A DNA stretch of 64,000 nucleotides from a virus (Duplodnaviria; Caudoviricetes): positions 1,483-65,482 of the IMG/VR virus record IMGVR_UViG_3300005764_000017, one strand, 5' to 3'. The position numbers and the translations under genes were made by a program. Positions 8,628 to 17,783 of the stretch are shown in pieces (positions within the stretch are counted from its first letter, which is position 1; the number at the start of each line of letters is the position of its first letter). Below the pieces are notes generated by a model. The model was given only the letters and a program-made list of their open reading frames with translations, did not search any database and was not told the DNA's origin.

Positions 8628-10014
8628 GGGCGTCTTCCGCCGCTGCACGTGCGGCCAGCGTGTCCCCGAGGGGCTGCGCAAGTGCCCGCGGGATGGGTGC
8701 ACAGGGACCGTGAAGTGGGCGTTCGTCGTGGACATCGGGACCGTCGGCGCGCGCCGGCAGATGCACCGCAGCGGGTTCGCCACGAAGGCCGAGGCCACCG
8801 CGGGCCGCATGGCGGCGCTGACCGAGATGGGGGCCGGGACCTTCGTGGCGCCGGACCGACTCACGCTCGGCACCTACCTGGACCGCTGGCTGGCGCAGTC
8901 CAGCGCGCTCGGGTGGTCGCCGAACACGCTGCGCATCCGCCAGACCGCGGTCATGCACGCCAAGCGCCGCCTGGCCGGCGTCCCGCTGCAGCAGCTCACC
9001 CCCGACCACTTCCGCGACTTCTTTGCCTGGCTCCTCGCCGAGGGACGCCTGCGCCCCGGCGGCCGCGCCTCGGCCGGACCCATGGCGGCGCGCAGCGTCG
9101 CCTCGGTCTATGGCTCCCTGCGGGGCGCGCTCCGGCTCGCGGTGCAGGACCACAAGATCCGCACCAACGTCATCCTGGGCACCTTCAGGCCCGCCCAGGA
9201 CGGCGGCGGCAGCGAGGAGCCGCGGACGTGGTCGCTGGATGAGCTGCGCGCCTTCCTGGCCGCCCAGGACGGCTCACGGGACGCACCGCTCTGGGCGGTG
9301 GCACTGGCGACCGGGATGCGCCGCGGCGAGCTGCTGGGCCTGCGCTGGCGCGACGTCGACCTCGAGGCCGGCCGCATCGATGTGCGCCGGCAGTGGACGA
9401 TGCGGGGGGAGCGGGGCTGGGAGCAGCGGGCGCTCAAGACGGGCACCAAGGCGCTCAGGACCATCGAGGTCGACCGCCACACCATCGCCTACCTCGAGCG
9501 CCAGCGGGCCACGGTGGAGGGCGAGCAGGCCGCGTGGGGCGGCGTGTACGAGGCCACCGACCTCGTCTTCCCGCGCCAGGATGGCCGTCACCAGGACGGC
9601 TCGGAGGTCACCAAGCGCTTCAAGCGCGCGATCGCCCAGGCCGGCGGGCTGCCGGTCATCGTCTTCCACGGCACCCGGCATACCCACGCCACGCTGCTCC
9701 TGGAGGACGGCGTCAGCCTCAAGGTGGTGGCGCAGCGGCTCGGTGACCAGGAGTCCACCGTGCTCCGGACCTACAGCCACGTGCTCCCCCGCGGCCTCCA
9801 CATCGCGGCCTCACGGGTCGAGTCGTGGCTGGCCCCGGAGTCCACGGCCGTGAGCGACGAGACAGCCGAGCTGCGGGCTCAGGTGCGCGAACTCCTGGCC
9901 CGGCTCGCAGCCTACGAAGAGCAGGGCGGCCCGGCCGAAATCCGTGAGCAATCCGTGAGCGAGGTGTCGACCGGGGGCGCTTCGACGATGGAGGGAGCCG
10001 ATGTTTCGAGTTGA
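8620..10014 (+). CDS. int: tyrosine integrase
   Basis: TGMRRGELLGLRW (R), LKT (K), FHGTRHT (HxxR), RLGD, TYSH (Y); N-terminal arm-binding domain. Confidence 0.95.
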   Translation: MAEGVFRRCTCGQRVPEGLRKCPRDGCTGTVKWAFVVDIGTVGARRQMHRSGFATKAEATAGRMAALTEMGAGTFVAPDRLTLGTYLDRWLAQSSALGWSPNTLRIRQTAVMHAKRRLAGVPLQQLTPDHFRDFFAWLLAEGRLRPGGRASAGPMAARSVASVYGSLRGALRLAVQDHKIRTNVILGTFRPAQDGGGSEEPRTWSLDELRAFLAAQDGSRDAPLWAVALATGMRRGELLGLRWRDVDLEAGRIDVRRQWTMRGERGWEQRALKTGTKALRTIEVDRHTIAYLERQRATVEGEQAAWGGVYEATDLVFPRQDGRHQDGSEVTKRFKRAIAQAGGLPVIVFHGTRHTHATLLLEDGVSLKVVAQRLGDQESTVLRTYSHVLPRGLHIAASRVESWLAPESTAVSDETAELRAQVRELLARLAAYEEQGGPAEIREQSVSEVSTGGASTMEGADVSS

Positions 10015-10210
10015 GACGAGCGCCCGAGAGCGCGGAATGGCCCGAATTCCCTCACAGCGGAGGAGTATAGACAGCCCGTCCCGGACGGTCCCGCCGGGTC
10101 CCAGTGGACCGGGTTGCGAACTCGCCCGACAGCGGTCACGGCGCCGCAATCAGGGTGTTCGTCCCGCCCCGTCCCGCCCCGTTTCGGTCCGGCGTGAGCG
10201 AATCGTGAGC
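9943..10210. other. putative attP with paired arm-type repeats
   Basis: CGTGAGC pairs with 11-bp period at 9943/9954 and 10193/10204, extra copy at 9849, flanking a non-coding centre. Confidence 0.65.
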
Positions 10211-10328
10211 GGCGCGCGGCGGCCCCGGGGAGGTGCGATGACGAGCCGCTAACGGAGAGCACATGTCCTCCGGGCCGGCGTGAACCCGGCCCGTACTGCA
10301 ATGAACCTGATCACGACAAGGAGCGGCG

Positions 10329-10847
10329 TTGGCGATCCCCGTTCGGCAGTCTCGTCCGACCGTCTACAACGGAATCACGATGCGGTCTCGACTCGAGGCC
10401 CGCGTTGCTGCATGGCTGTCCCGTAACGGGTTCACCTGGGAATACGAGCCGGCCGCCTTCAAGATGGACCGCGGCGGCGAGTACCTGCCCGACTTCGCCA
10501 TCGGCCCGCTGCCCCAGGGACTGGGGTGGGGAGGCGCGCTCGTCGGCGCGCAGCAGGTCCCGGGCTTCCTGGAGGTCAAGCCCGGGGGTGTGTCGCTGCG
10601 CTTCTGGCAGCTCGGCCTTGGGCCGGGATGGGAGTCGGACGACCCCGAGCTGTTCGGCCCGACCTGGGACAGCGGATGGTTCGGAAGCTGCACCGACTGT
10701 GAGCGTGTGGGGCTGTTCTTCTCGCCGGGCCACTGGAGTTGCCAGTGGTGCGGTCACCACGCCGGCAATTCGACGTGGACGGACCCGACCGACTGGCCGT
10801 ACCTGCCAGAGGCTTGGCGGGTGGAGACGGAGTCCCGTGATGCCTGA
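10329..10847 (+). CDS. PD-(D/E)XK nuclease-like protein
   Basis: RSRLEARVAAW, YEP, YLPDF, LEVKP motifs; C-terminal CxxC pairs. Confidence 0.7.
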   Translation: MAIPVRQSRPTVYNGITMRSRLEARVAAWLSRNGFTWEYEPAAFKMDRGGEYLPDFAIGPLPQGLGWGGALVGAQQVPGFLEVKPGGVSLRFWQLGLGPGWESDDPELFGPTWDSGWFGSCTDCERVGLFFSPGHWSCQWCGHHAGNSTWTDPTDWPYLPEAWRVETESRDA

Positions 10848-12894
10848 GCGCTTCACCCGCCACGACTCGTGCCCCATCTGCGGCGGGTTCTCCAACCTGC
10901 CGCAGGGCCAGGGTCGGCGGTGCTACGGCTGGTACGACGAGCGTCACGAGTACGCCCGCTGCACCCGAGAGGAGCACGCAGGCCGCCTCCAACAGAACAG
11001 CGACGGCACTTACTCACACAAGCTTCAAGGTGAGTGCCTGTGCGGGGAGACGCACCAGCCCGCACCACCAGCGCACCACCAGCGCACCCCCGGTGGTGCG
11101 CGAGAACTGCGGCGGCGATCGTGGACGATTCTCGACTTCGGCGGAGTGGCCGTGGCGGAGCACCGACGCGTCGAGTACGTGGACGGAACGAAGAGATTCG
11201 AGTGGTGGCAGAACGGCCGCCGAGGGCTGAATGGCACCGGTTCCCGCGACCTGATCTATGGCGCCGAACTGCTGGGAAAGAAGCCCGAGCTCGTCGTGCT
11301 GGCTGAGGGAGAGAAGGCGGCGGATGCGCTGCGCGAGGTGGGCGTCGTGGCGCTGGCCACGGTGTGCGGGGCGGCGACCACGCCGACCGTCGATGTGTTG
11401 GGGCGGCTGCTCAAGGGTGGCCGTCAGGTGGTGCTGTGGCCGGATGCCGACGAGGACGGCCGGCGACACATGTCTCGGATCGCTGGCCTGTTGGAGCAGG
11501 CCGGCGCTGCGCCAGGCCAGGTGCGGCTCGTCGCATGGCCAGAGGCGCCCGAGAAGGGCGATGCGGCCGACTGCGCGGCCGATCGTCGGAAGGCGCTCGT
11601 TCAGGCGGCTACGCCCTACAAGAGCGCCCAGATCGCGGCCACGGATGGGTCCGGTGGACTCTCCACGGCCGAGCGCTACGGACTCGGCTACCGGGCGATC
11701 TACGCCTCGAAACTCGAGCTGCAGCTAACCCGCATCAGGGAGTCCCGTGAGGGGCTGGCAGGGGAGTTGTTGGTCCGTTGGCGCCAGGGGCCAGAGACGG
11801 CCCGCCATGTCTACCAGGGTCGCTTCAACCTGCTCAGCGGGACCACCCGCGGCACGCTGGCGAAGTACCTGGCCGCGCGCACCAGCGACGCCGGTATCGA
11901 CTGGATCGATACGCTGGAGCGCTTCTGCTATGACGTAGTCGCCGACATCCGGCGGCCGACAGGACGCACGTTGGTGGGTGGGCGGCCGCGCAGAGAAGCG
12001 GAATACCTCCTCCGACCGATCCTGCCGTACGAAAAGCCCACGATCATCTTCGGACCCGGCGGCACCGGCAAGTCGACACTGGCTGCCGCCATCGCGGTCT
12101 CCGTCAAGACGGGCTATGAGGTGATCAAGGGTTGGGTGCCCATGTCGGCGCCCGTGCTCGTCCTCGACTGGGAGTCTGGCGAGGACGACTGGAATGACCT
12201 CGTTGACCAGGTTGCCGCTGGGGCAGGTTTGAGAGAAGTACAGGTTGAATATTGGCCGCAGTCAAGGCCCCTGGTCGAGGTAGTCGAACCGGTATCACAG
12301 GCGGTCACCGAGATTGGCGCTGGACTACTCATCGTAGACTCCGTCGGGCTCGCCTCCGGTTCGTCGCGCGAAGGCGGTGACGCCAATGAGTCCGCTCTCG
12401 CGCTGTTCAATGCCGTCAGGGAGATCGGCATCACGACGTTGCTGATCGACCACGTCACCGGTGAGGACATGAAGAGTGATCGACCTGTGTCCAAGCCGTA
12501 CGGCGGCATCTACAAGGTGAACATGGCCCGTTCCGTCTTCGAGCTGCGACGCGAGAAGGAGCCGGAGGGTGATGTCGCCGAGGTGCTCCTCGTGCACACC
12601 AAGGTCAACCGCGGCAAGAAACTGCCCGCCGCTGGCCTGCGCTACGAGTACACCGACGATTCGATCCACATCCGACCGACCGACATCGAGGCGGACGAGT
12701 TGGTCAGGACCCTGCCGCTACCGGAACGGATGATGCGGCTCCTCCGCAAGGGTGCGCAGACGACCCAGTCCCTGGCCGAAACCCTCGAGGTGACGCCGGC
12801 TCGGATCCGAGCCGTAATGAGCAAGTACCCCGAGAAGTTCATGCGCCTGGAAGGCCACCGGGTGGGCCTGCGAGGACTCCATGATGACCTGTAG
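10840..12894 (+). CDS. primase-helicase (Zn finger, TOPRIM, RepA/AAA_25-type helicase)
   Basis: CPICGG N-terminus; LAEGEKAADAL and LWPDADEDG (TOPRIM); GPGGTGKST, LLIVDS, LLIDH. Confidence 0.85.
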   Translation: MPERFTRHDSCPICGGFSNLPQGQGRRCYGWYDERHEYARCTREEHAGRLQQNSDGTYSHKLQGECLCGETHQPAPPAHHQRTPGGARELRRRSWTILDFGGVAVAEHRRVEYVDGTKRFEWWQNGRRGLNGTGSRDLIYGAELLGKKPELVVLAEGEKAADALREVGVVALATVCGAATTPTVDVLGRLLKGGRQVVLWPDADEDGRRHMSRIAGLLEQAGAAPGQVRLVAWPEAPEKGDAADCAADRRKALVQAATPYKSAQIAATDGSGGLSTAERYGLGYRAIYASKLELQLTRIRESREGLAGELLVRWRQGPETARHVYQGRFNLLSGTTRGTLAKYLAARTSDAGIDWIDTLERFCYDVVADIRRPTGRTLVGGRPRREAEYLLRPILPYEKPTIIFGPGGTGKSTLAAAIAVSVKTGYEVIKGWVPMSAPVLVLDWESGEDDWNDLVDQVAAGAGLREVQVEYWPQSRPLVEVVEPVSQAVTEIGAGLLIVDSVGLASGSSREGGDANESALALFNAVREIGITTLLIDHVTGEDMKSDRPVSKPYGGIYKVNMARSVFELRREKEPEGDVAEVLLVHTKVNRGKKLPAAGLRYEYTDDSIHIRPTDIEADELVRTLPLPERMMRLLRKGAQTTQSLAETLEVTPARIRAVMSKYPEKFMRLEGHRVGLRGLHDDL

Positions 12895-12895
12895 C

Positions 12896-13017
12896 GCACC
12901 ACCCCGCACCACTACCGCACCACCCCTGCGGCCGGCAGGGTGCGGGGGCGCACCACCAGGCACCCACTACGTGGGTGGTGCCCTGGGTGGTGCGCGCCGA
13001 TCCCGCACCCGTGGTGC
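12896..13017. repeat. inverted iteron-like array, candidate replication origin
   Basis: GCACCAC at 12896, 12906, 12917, 12950; inverse GTGGTGC at 12975, 12987, 13011; central GCACCCAC-TAC-GTGGGTG. Confidence 0.65.
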
Positions 13018-13091
13018 GCACCCTGGTGCGCCGAGTTCATCGATTCCGAACCGCGGCGAGCACGCCGACGCGGTCCGCCGGCTGATCGCCC

Positions 13092-13538
13092 ATGCCCGAC
13101 AGCTCGACGGTCGGGCCCCGAGGCGGCGATGAGTCCGGGGCAGGCGTGGCACCGTTCTCCGAACCGCCACCGAACGCGCTCCCGGAGGTCGGCGTGACCC
13201 TCGCCTGCCAGCTCGGCTGCCCGCCCGCCCGCTGCGAGCGCCGCGCCACCCTGGCCGCCGGCGGCTGGGCCTGCACCTGGCTGAACCGGCTCGGCGTGCT
13301 CGACGCTGCTGCACCCGCACCGCCTGCCGAGGAGCGCGTCCGGGTCGCGGGCTGGTCGCGAGGCGCGGTGATCCAGTGCCCGGACTGTGGCTGCCGGGCG
13401 TACAGCGCTGGCCCGGCCGGGCTGCCTGAGCGGCGGTGCCGGGAGTGCGGCTGCGTGTGGAACCCCGAAGCCGACGTCCGGCCGCCGCTGGCGAGCCTGG
13501 TCGGGAGAGCCGCAGCGGCGGCGAGGAGAGCATCGTGA
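13092..13538 (+). CDS. Cys-rich hypothetical protein (Zn ribbon)
   Basis: CPDCGC and CRECGC motifs; true start uncertain. Confidence 0.55.
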   Translation: MPDSSTVGPRGGDESGAGVAPFSEPPPNALPEVGVTLACQLGCPPARCERRATLAAGGWACTWLNRLGVLDAAAPAPPAEERVRVAGWSRGAVIQCPDCGCRAYSAGPAGLPERRCRECGCVWNPEADVRPPLASLVGRAAAAARRAS

Positions 13539-13753
13539 ACATCCAACAGGAACTGGCTGCGGCACAGGACAAGACCGCCAACGCCGTGATCATCCATCCC
13601 CCCCTGTCGCTGCGCCATAGGCTGGCGGAGTTCGCGGTCGTGAATGGCCTGCCCAACGAGGCAGCGGCGCTGGCCATCGTCGCCGCTCGCTACTTCCGCA
13701 TGGCCGAGTCGACGCGGTGGGCCGGCTGGTTCGCGGAGGAGAGCGAGAGATGA
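13535..13753 (+). CDS. phage hypothetical protein
   Basis: Coupled overlaps. Confidence 0.5.
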   Translation: MNIQQELAAAQDKTANAVIIHPPLSLRHRLAEFAVVNGLPNEAAALAIVAARYFRMAESTRWAGWFAEESER

Positions 13754-14304
13754 GTCACGACCCCGCGCAGATGGCCGACGACTACGCGGTGGTGCAGGAC
13801 GAGCGCGAACAGGCTCAGGCTGACCGCGCCCAGGCTCCGCTCGACGTGGAGGCGCTGAAGCGGCTGGTGAAGCGTCACGATGCAGATGGCCTCGGCCGAG
13901 AGGACGACGTGGCAATGCTTCCAATCGCTCAGGTACGAGCCATCCTTGCCGCCCTGGAGGAGCGGGATGAGCTGCGGCAGCGAGTCGCCGCGCTGGAGAT
14001 CGTGCTTCGCGACACGGATGCGCTGATGTGGGAATGGGCAGGCGAGACTGGCCATGACGAAGAGCCTGACGGCACCTGGCGGCCGGAGTCGGTGCGAGAG
14101 CAGCACGTGACGAACGGCCTGCTGCTGGCCGCTCTGGCCGACGCGCCGCCACAGCAGGACAGCGGCGCTGCGTTCGAGCGCTACCTGGCCGAGCGGTTCC
14201 CAGCGTCCGAGTCGAGGGCACGATTCGACGCGCTGGTCGAGGGAGGTCAACGCGGCTGCGTCGGCCGAGGAGGGCCAGCATGGCTGAGTTCGAGGAGCGA
14301 CTGA
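13750..14304 (+). CDS. phage hypothetical protein
   Basis: ATGA overlap, RBS upstream. Confidence 0.55.
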   Translation: MSHDPAQMADDYAVVQDEREQAQADRAQAPLDVEALKRLVKRHDADGLGREDDVAMLPIAQVRAILAALEERDELRQRVAALEIVLRDTDALMWEWAGETGHDEEPDGTWRPESVREQHVTNGLLLAALADAPPQQDSGAAFERYLAERFPASESRARFDALVEGGQRGCVGRGGPAWLSSRSD

Positions 14305-14591
14305 GGGAGCGCGCAGTCCATGCCCGCAAGTATCCGCTGCGCTGGACGGACAGGCCCGACGTGCCCGGCCCCAGTTTCGTGTTCATGGACACCGACGAGG
14401 TCGACCGCATCACCGATCTGGTGGCGGCGGTGCGGAAGGAGCGGCGCCTGATGCACCGCATGGACGCCTACAGCAGCCGTGACCTACGCGGCAATCCGCC
14501 AACCATCGTCACCACCGCGATGGAACACGACGCGGCTGAGCAGGCGGTGGAAGCTGCCCTGGCCGCGCTCGACGAGGCCGGCCGTGGCTGA
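14280..14591 (+). CDS. phage hypothetical protein
   Basis: GGAGG RBS, operonic. Confidence 0.55.
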   Translation: MAEFEERLRERAVHARKYPLRWTDRPDVPGPSFVFMDTDEVDRITDLVAAVRKERRLMHRMDAYSSRDLRGNPPTIVTTAMEHDAAEQAVEAALAALDEAGRG

Positions 14592-14802
14592 CTGGGCCGA
14601 AGCCCTCCAAGAGCACGTCGTCGTGCCGTGCGGGCTGTTGAGGCCCAGGTGCGATGAGTTGCACTCAGCCCACGGCCGCTGCACCCTGCTGGATTGCCAC
14701 GCCGGGCCGCACCATGGCCGGGACCACTGGTGGTGGCTCGGCGACCGCGAGGATTACGACGTCGCCGAGGCGATCGAGGACGGGGATGCTACGCACGGCT
14801 GA
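14584..14802 (+). CDS. small His/Cys-rich hypothetical protein
   Basis: VPCG...RCTLLDCHAGPHH. Confidence 0.5.
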   Translation: MADWAEALQEHVVVPCGLLRPRCDELHSAHGRCTLLDCHAGPHHGRDHWWWLGDREDYDVAEAIEDGDATHG

Positions 14803-14941
14803 ACTCCTCCTCGCCATCTTCGGGGCCGCGGTGCTCGCGGTCGCCATCGTCCTGGGCGCCGTGCTCGGCGTGGTCCTGCTCCGCGACCGTCTGCGCTACG
14901 GCCGCTGGTGGTCGGACGAGGGAACCGGCGACCGTGGCTGA
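14786..14941 (+). CDS. small membrane protein
   Basis: One hydrophobic helix LLLAIFGAAVLAVAIVLGAVLGVVLL. Confidence 0.5.
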   Translation: MLRTAELLLAIFGAAVLAVAIVLGAVLGVVLLRDRLRYGRWWSDEGTGDRG

Positions 14942-15218
14942 GTACCTGGCCTTCCTCGTCGACCGCGTCCGCATGGCCGTGGTGCGGGTGCTGGGGATCT
15001 TCAGGCCGCGCCTGGGCGGCGAGATGCGCATCGTGCGGCTCGAGGACGGCGACATGGTCGTGCTGGAGATCGAGAAGGCGTTGACAGAGGAGCGCATCTC
15101 GGAAATCAAGGCAATCCTGGCCGCCCACTTCGCAGGCCACAAAGTCATGGTCCTGCACGCTGGCATGAAGCTGAGCATCCTGCGGCCCGTCGCCGACGAC
15201 CCGCATTCCAATCCGTGA
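14934..15218 (+). CDS. phage hypothetical protein
   Basis: Operonic ORF, good codon usage. Confidence 0.5.
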   Translation: MAEYLAFLVDRVRMAVVRVLGIFRPRLGGEMRIVRLEDGDMVVLEIEKALTEERISEIKAILAAHFAGHKVMVLHAGMKLSILRPVADDPHSNP

Positions 15219-15239
15219 GAGGCGATCGCACTGACCGTC

Positions 15240-16055
15240 ATGCCCCACACCCGCACGCATCCTGAAGCGCTGAGCCAGGTCACCTGCGCCAACTGCGACC
15301 AGCACTTCCTCGCCGACCAGCCGACGCGGCACAGCGCCCGCGCCGGTGGCTGGGTCCACGTCGTCTGCCCCGACGCCACCGAGTTCGCCATCGGGCCCGA
15401 CCGGAACCCGCCGGTGGCGTGGGTCGCGTTCACCCTGCCCTCGCCCGCGCCGCCGCCGCACCTGATGGGCAGCGTCGAGTTCCGGCTGCTCCGCGCGCTG
15501 GTCGACGCCGAGGTCGACCGGCCCGGGGACTCGTGCCTGGACCCGCAGCCGGTGCCCGCGACGCGGCCAACGAGCGAGTGGGGCGAGTACCCGCCGAGCA
15601 CGACCATGCGCTGTGGCGAGTGCCTGGCCTGCCGGCGCTGGCGCAAGGTGTCGGTGGCGGCGGTGGTCACCGAGATCGAGCGCTACCGCCACACCCGCCG
15701 ACTCCAGCTCGCCGACACCTGGACGAGCCTGCCCGACTGGCTGCGCTCGGTCACGGCCAAGCCGCGCGAGGAGCGCGTCAAGGCCCTGCTCGGGGATTGG
15801 GTGCGAGGCCCGAAGGCGGACGGCGGCGGCGTCTTCCGTCCGGCCGAGCTCGTGCCGGAGCGATGGCGGCTCAGCGAGGAGGAGGCGGCGGTCTACAACT
15901 GGACCCTGGACGGCTGGTCCATCGACGCCATCCAGCGCGAGATGACCGCGCCGCGGCTGCGCAAGCACCGCCAGCTCTGGGTGACCGCCGAGCACGTGCA
16001 GCGGCTGCTGGACGCCGCTGAGGGCAAGGTGCGCGGCATGTTCGGGGTGGGGTGA
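15240..16055 (+). CDS. hypothetical protein, possible late-transcription regulator (Zn motifs, C-terminal HTH)
   Basis: CANC, CGECLAC; C-terminal LSEEEAAVYNWTLDGWSIDAIQRE LuxR/sigma4-like; lies at the early/late boundary. Confidence 0.5.
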   Translation: MPHTRTHPEALSQVTCANCDQHFLADQPTRHSARAGGWVHVVCPDATEFAIGPDRNPPVAWVAFTLPSPAPPPHLMGSVEFRLLRALVDAEVDRPGDSCLDPQPVPATRPTSEWGEYPPSTTMRCGECLACRRWRKVSVAAVVTEIERYRHTRRLQLADTWTSLPDWLRSVTAKPREERVKALLGDWVRGPKADGGGVFRPAELVPERWRLSEEEAAVYNWTLDGWSIDAIQREMTAPRLRKHRQLWVTAEHVQRLLDAAEGKVRGMFGVG

Positions 16056-16237
16056 TGCGGGGCATCAGACGTGCCGAGCGCCTGTTCCACTTCGCGGTGA
16101 AGCAGGTCACTAAGCCGCCTCATGAAGGCGAGAAGCACGAGCGGTGGGTGGACTACCTGTTCTCGATCAACAACACCTTGGGCTATCTCCGGACTCGGTA
16201 TTGGGACTGGCCAGAGGAAGAGGTCGAAGGCGAGTAG
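16052..16237 (+). CDS. small hypothetical protein
   Basis: Coupled ORF. Confidence 0.45.
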   Translation: MMRGIRRAERLFHFAVKQVTKPPHEGEKHERWVDYLFSINNTLGYLRTRYWDWPEEEVEGE

Positions 16238-16515
16238 CCTCAGCCGTGATACCATCCCGCGCAAGGACGCACCCCAACAGACTCTGCGGAGGCCCCGCAG
16301 AGCGCCGGCCACCGGCTTGCGCCGCGCCGGAGAAACACCAGCGGGAGTAGTGCGCCCGTTTGAGCCCGCCGAAGGCTCCCCGATGCCCCACCGATGCCTC
16401 TTCGGCCGTCCCTGCCGCCGCTGGTGCTGGCGGACGCCGTTCTGCCGGCGCTGCTGGAGGCGGGTACGGGCGGCGCTGACCCCAATCCCCTGATCTCTCG
16501 CCCAGGAGCTCGCCC

Positions 16516-17475
16516 ATGCCTTTCGGATCCGGAGTCGAGCCGAAGATCCTCGACCAGCTCCTGGGTTGCGTCGTCGCCCAGTGCAACCAGGCCATTTCTG
16601 CCGGTACAACCGCACAGAGTTCGATCACGATCCGTGGTTCGGCGGGTTCCGGCAACGCCGACCACACGCCGGTCGTGGGGGAGTTCTGGCTCATCGCCAC
16701 CCCGGGCGCGGCCGGCTCCGAGAACCAGTACACGAACGTCGATGTCTTCCAGGTCTCAGGCTCGCCGACCGCGACGAGCCTGACGTTCGGGTCACGCACC
16801 GTGGTCGCGGCCCGTGCGGTCGGCGATGTGTGCTTCGTACTCAACACGACGACCGGAATTAGCGCATTCGGCAATGTGCCCCTGCTCCAGAAGGTCTTCG
16901 TGGGCCTGAGCACGACGGGCGCCCAGACCACGATAGCGGCGGGCTCCGACTTGGCCGCGTTGCCCCAGGGCACGATCAACGTGGCGAGCACGACGGGGTT
17001 CGCGGCGAGCGGGAACATCGTCATCGTCTCGCAGAAGGGCGAGCAGAACATCGCCTATACCGGCACTTCGGGCGGCACGCAGTTCACGGGCTGCACGGGC
17101 GGCACGGGCACCATCGACACCGGCGATGTGGTCTACCAGGTCCCGAGCGCAGCGACGATCCTGAGCAACGAACCGAGCAGCACCGGCAGCTACGCCAGGG
17201 CCTCAGTCGTGAACAGCGCCACCAACTTCGGAGCGGCGACCGGCACCTATCCCGCATCCAAGTCGAACGCGGCCACCGTCAGCTTCGCGCAGTCCACGGC
17301 GGCCTGGTCGTCGGGTGCGACGGCGCTGGACATCTTCTTCATCGCCGACAGCTCGACTCTCGCTGCTGGCAACGTCATCGGCTGGGGCTACCTGAGTCCA
17401 GCGCAGACGGTGAACGCCGCCAACATCACCCTGTCGTTCAGCTCCAGCTCGCTGGGGCCGATCACCCTGCTGTAG
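16516..17475 (+). CDS. virion structural (minor tail / fibre-associated) protein
   Basis: Ser/Thr/Gly-rich beta protein; C-terminal EPSSTGSYARASVVN...VSFAQSTAAW...GNVIGWGYL resembles a common phage minor tail domain. Confidence 0.65.
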   Translation: MPFGSGVEPKILDQLLGCVVAQCNQAISAGTTAQSSITIRGSAGSGNADHTPVVGEFWLIATPGAAGSENQYTNVDVFQVSGSPTATSLTFGSRTVVAARAVGDVCFVLNTTTGISAFGNVPLLQKVFVGLSTTGAQTTIAAGSDLAALPQGTINVASTTGFAASGNIVIVSQKGEQNIAYTGTSGGTQFTGCTGGTGTIDTGDVVYQVPSAATILSNEPSSTGSYARASVVNSATNFGAATGTYPASKSNAATVSFAQSTAAWSSGATALDIFFIADSSTLAAGNVIGWGYLSPAQTVNAANITLSFSSSSLGPITLL

Positions 17476-17486
17476 GAGGCCGGACG

Positions 17487-17783
17487 ATGCCCGCCTACAA
17501 CGATCGCGGCGCCCGCATCTCGCCGGCTGGAAACCAGCCGTACGACAGCGTCTACGCGCACAATCGCCTGCCAGCGCCGGACGATCCGGGCTGGGGCACG
17601 CATCGCCACAAGGCGAGCGGCAGCCTGGCGAGAGCCATCAGGGTCCATGGGCCCTTCGACTTCATCGGCGAGGCCGGCCAGGAGGAGCACTGCTCGGACG
17701 GCTGGATCGCTCTCGACACCGAGGGACGGCCCTTCGTGCTCCCGCTGGCGGTCTACGACGACCAGTTCGAGGTGGCTGAGTGA
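17487..17783 (+). CDS. hypothetical protein
   Basis: GGAGG RBS; FDFIGE...DGWIALDTEGRPF. Confidence 0.55.
   Translation: MPAYNDRGARISPAGNQPYDSVYAHNRLPAPDDPGWGTHRHKASGSLARAIRVHGPFDFIGEAGQEEHCSDGWIALDTEGRPFVLPLAVYDDQFEVAE

Noticed and set aside
12896-13017. CRISPR array
   Set aside because: Repeats are 7-mers in both orientations without unique ~30-bp spacers; no cas genes in the window.
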